Origin: Candidatus Woesebacteria bacterium GW2011_GWB1_33_38
GTDB lineage: Bacteria > Patescibacteriota > Microgenomatia > UBA8517
Assembly (NCBI GenBank): GCA_000990005.1
Contig: LBPF01000003.1
Span: 7,479-71,478 of the forward strand
Direction: 5' to 3'
Length of the DNA: 64,000 nt
Shown here: piece by piece, positions 58,122 through 64,000 of the stretch
How positions within the stretch are numbered: position 1 is the stretch's first letter
Layout of the letters: each line of letters begins with the position of its first letter
Made by a program: the position numbers and the translations under genes
Notes under the pieces: model-generated
What the model was told of the DNA's origin: nothing
Databases searched by the model: none
What the model saw: only the letters and a program-made list of their open reading frames with translations

Positions 58122-58496
58122 TTGTTATCAATTCTTTTATTTATTTCCCTTTCCAGTGTAGGATTCTTTGCATACCAAGTTCAAAACTTAACAAAAGAGT
58201 TATTAGAATCTAGAAACCAGAATCTAGCTACACAAATTCCAACATCAAACTGGAAAACATATACAAATGCAAAGTATAACTTTTTATTTAAACATCCTAA
58301 GAATTGGACTGAATCTATTGATCCTGTTATGCCAGGAGCTCAATTTACTTCTTTAGTGACATATATTGTTGATAGTAGTACAGGATCGGAATTTAGAGTT
58401 GGATACTTTCCTCATTTAAATTTACAAATTAGTTTGATTGGACAAATTGGCAGTGACATTGACAACTTGGACGGTTGTGGTATACTTCACCTATGA
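58122..58496 (+). CDS. hypothetical secreted/membrane protein, N-terminal paralog of 59672-60367
   Basis: Shares the LLFI.L...GFFAYQ.QNL.KEL...RN..LATQIP block with the downstream gene. Confidence 0.3.
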   Translation: MLSILLFISLSSVGFFAYQVQNLTKELLESRNQNLATQIPTSNWKTYTNAKYNFLFKHPKNWTESIDPVMPGAQFTSLVTYIVDSSTGSEFRVGYFPHLNLQISLIGQIGSDIDNLDGCGILHL

Positions 58497-59653
58497 TACA
58501 AAGAGAGATTGCAAAACAAATAAAATTAGCCTCTAAAAAATTTCCAATAATTGGAATTATTGGTCCGCGCCAATCAGGTAAAACTACTTTGGCTAAGTTG
58601 ATTTTCAAAAATTATAGATATGTAAATCTTGAAGATCCTGATGTTCGTTTGTTTGCCCAAGAAGACCCCAGAGGTTTTTTAGAAACTTATGATTCAAAGG
58701 TTATAATTGACGAAGTTCAACGAGTGCCAGACCTTTTTTCATATTTACAAGTTAGAGTGGATCAAAATACTAAATCAGGCCAATATATTTTGACTGGATC
58801 ACAAAATTTTGCTTTGATGGAAAAAGTATCACAATCTTTGGCGGGAAGAATTGCTTTGTTTAATCTGTTGCCACTCTCCTTTAGTGAACTGATAAAGAGT
58901 GGAGTTAAATATTCAAATTTCTATGAATATATATATAAAGGTAGCTATCCAAAGGTTTTTTCTGAAAAAATAAATCCTTCAATGTGGTATCCAAATTATG
59001 TCCAAACATATATTGAAAAAGATTTGCGTAGCATACAAAATTTAGTGGATTTATCTACTTTTCAGACGTTTTTAAAACTTTGCGCAGGTAGAGTTGGCCA
59101 AGTGCTTAATTTATCTTCATTAGGACAAGACGCAGGAATTAGCCATAATACAGCTAAACAATGGATTTCACTACTTCAAGCTGGGTTTATTGTTTATTTA
59201 CTCCATCCTTATTACAAAAACTTTAACAAGAGATTAATCAAATCACCAAAGTTGTATTTTTATGATACAGGCCTTTTAACTTGGTTATTAGGTGTTAGTT
59301 CAAAAGAGATGTTAAAAAATCATTTTAATATTGGTAATATTTTCGAAAATTGGATAATTTCAGAATATACTAAATTTCAGGATAATAATGGTTTACCTCT
59401 AAATGGCTATTTTTGGAGGGATAAAGTCGGGCATGAGGTAGATTTACTGATCGATAAAGGAGAAAAAGTCATAATTACTGAAATTAAATCTACTAAAACT
59501 TTTAGGTCTGATTCGTTGGGAAATATAAATTATTTGAAAGATTTAATGGTTAACAAAATACAGACAACAAATCTCATCTATGGTGGTGATCAAAATCAAC
59601 TGAGAAACAATATAAATGTTTATGGATGGAAATCTATGACAAAAGCATTTTAA
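58475..59653 (+). CDS. AAA+ ATPase with C-terminal DUF4143-type domain
   Basis: Walker A GPRQSGKTTL, Walker B VIIDEVQ. Confidence 0.7.
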   Translation: MWYTSPMIQREIAKQIKLASKKFPIIGIIGPRQSGKTTLAKLIFKNYRYVNLEDPDVRLFAQEDPRGFLETYDSKVIIDEVQRVPDLFSYLQVRVDQNTKSGQYILTGSQNFALMEKVSQSLAGRIALFNLLPLSFSELIKSGVKYSNFYEYIYKGSYPKVFSEKINPSMWYPNYVQTYIEKDLRSIQNLVDLSTFQTFLKLCAGRVGQVLNLSSLGQDAGISHNTAKQWISLLQAGFIVYLLHPYYKNFNKRLIKSPKLYFYDTGLLTWLLGVSSKEMLKNHFNIGNIFENWIISEYTKFQDNNGLPLNGYFWRDKVGHEVDLLIDKGEKVIITEIKSTKTFRSDSLGNINYLKDLMVNKIQTTNLIYGGDQNQLRNNINVYGWKSMTKAF

Positions 59654-59671
59654 TTGTGTTATATTTAATTT

Positions 59672-60367
59672 ATGCAAGAAAATAATTTGTCAGTAGCCAA
59701 TAGTCTACAGACTATGGAAGAACAAGCTGTAGACAATAGACCCAAAGCCAACAACTTTTTAGTTATTCTACTTTCAATATTATTATTTATTGCTCTTGTT
59801 ATTGCAGGTTTTTTTGCATACCAAACACAAAATTTAGTGAAAGAACTACAAGGAATTAGGAATGAGGAATTAGCAACACAAATACCAATTCCAACTCCAA
59901 CATATGAACCAGGACTAGAACCAGAACTTGTCCCAATTGAAGTGTTAACAAAAGATTGGAAGACATATAACGATAGCAAAAATAACATTTCATTTAAATA
60001 TCCACCTACTTGGGCATATGAACTTGGAGAAACAGGTATTACAAATGGATATGCTGGTTTTGATACAAAAATATTAAACAATGAAAAAAATATTAACTAT
60101 TTTTTTAGTGTAAATCTCGAAACACTTCCAGATTTTAATAATTGGTCCAAATACGTATCAACCAAAAAAATTAACAGTCAAACCATAAATAATAAAACTT
60201 TTGACAAATATATTTTGGCAGACATGTATTACTCGTTGAATTATATTTATAAACAAGACGGAAAGATGATCAGGTTTATGCTGTATCCATATACAGAAAT
60301 TGAACAGACAACTGTTTTAGATAAAACTATTGACCAAATTCTTTCCACTTTTAAATTTACTGATTAA
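59672..60367 (+). CDS. hypothetical secreted protein
   Basis: N-terminal TM or signal; paralogous N-terminus to 58122-58496. Confidence 0.35.
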   Translation: MQENNLSVANSLQTMEEQAVDNRPKANNFLVILLSILLFIALVIAGFFAYQTQNLVKELQGIRNEELATQIPIPTPTYEPGLEPELVPIEVLTKDWKTYNDSKNNISFKYPPTWAYELGETGITNGYAGFDTKILNNEKNINYFFSVNLETLPDFNNWSKYVSTKKINSQTINNKTFDKYILADMYYSLNYIYKQDGKMIRFMLYPYTEIEQTTVLDKTIDQILSTFKFTD

Positions 60368-60385
60368 TTTTCTTAAATTAACTAC

Positions 60386-60437
60386 TTGACAAGCTTCGTT
60401 TTATCCCTATAATTCTTCACAGGCGTACATTTGTACG
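60386..60437 (+). promoter_or_regulatory. consensus sigma70 promoter TTGACA-16-TATAAT upstream of rpoB, followed by perfect palindrome CGTACAttTGTACG at 60424-60437
   Basis: TTGACA at 60386-60391, TATAAT at 60408-60413. Confidence 0.5.
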
Positions 60438-60462
60438 TTTTCCTTTTTTCGACAATAAACAA

Positions 60463-64000
<3,538 letters not shown>

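Overview
This is a 64 kb AT-rich fragment (about one-third GC, judged by eye) that is densely coded with many 4-nt ATGA start/stop overlaps and several GTG/TTG starts. The gene content points to a reduced-genome monoderm bacterium, most plausibly Candidate Phyla Radiation/Patescibacteria. Supporting signs are RNase J, a family-4 uracil-DNA glycosylase, FemAB, LCP, a sortase, an IF-2 that begins at its G domain, a DnaJ with no zinc finger, and a short AlaRS. This placement is an inference from sequence, not a database result.

Feature map:
- Housekeeping blocks: metG (partial), hrcA-grpE-dnaK-dnaJ, nusA-infB-(DHH-like), rpsO-pnp, rnj, ftsK-rodZ-like, alaS, ruvX-mltG, and rpoB with the start of rpoC.
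- DNA repair and uptake genes: rmuC, an AlkD-like glycosylase, a UvrD-nuclease fusion, a second frameshifted UvrD/PcrA, udg4, comM, yraN-dprA and a GIY-YIG protein.
- A cell-envelope island: two tandem FemAB paralogs, an LCP protein, three GT-C glycosyltransferase-like genes including a GT39/PMT fusion, and murJ.
- A type IV pilus pilN-pilO operon that continues into a surface protein with a VPETG-type sorting signal and three Cys-rich secreted or membrane proteins. A sortase gene lies about 30 kb away.
- Seven toxin-antitoxin-like loci: VapBC, BrnTA, two Phd-RelE pairs, AbiE-like, RHH-PIN and Fic.
- No rRNA, tRNA or CRISPR array was found.

Most notable observations:
1. A family of GC-rich perfect palindromes (arms CCTGCCTG and CAGGCAGG) sits in-frame inside nusA, infB, pnp and rnj, each adding about six residues (LPAQAG or LPxGRQ). 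A second palindrome family built on AGGTC/GACCT and GGAACCT/AGGTTCC cores also occurs.
2. Three genes (metG, pcrA, and a Cys-rich secreted protein) are interrupted at A/T homopolymer runs.
3. One RelE/Phd cassette is bounded by 16-bp direct repeats that duplicate the 3' end of a host gene.
4. A Lon-like AAA+ module lacks a protease domain.
5. Several consensus promoters sit so close to their start codons that the transcripts should be leaderless.
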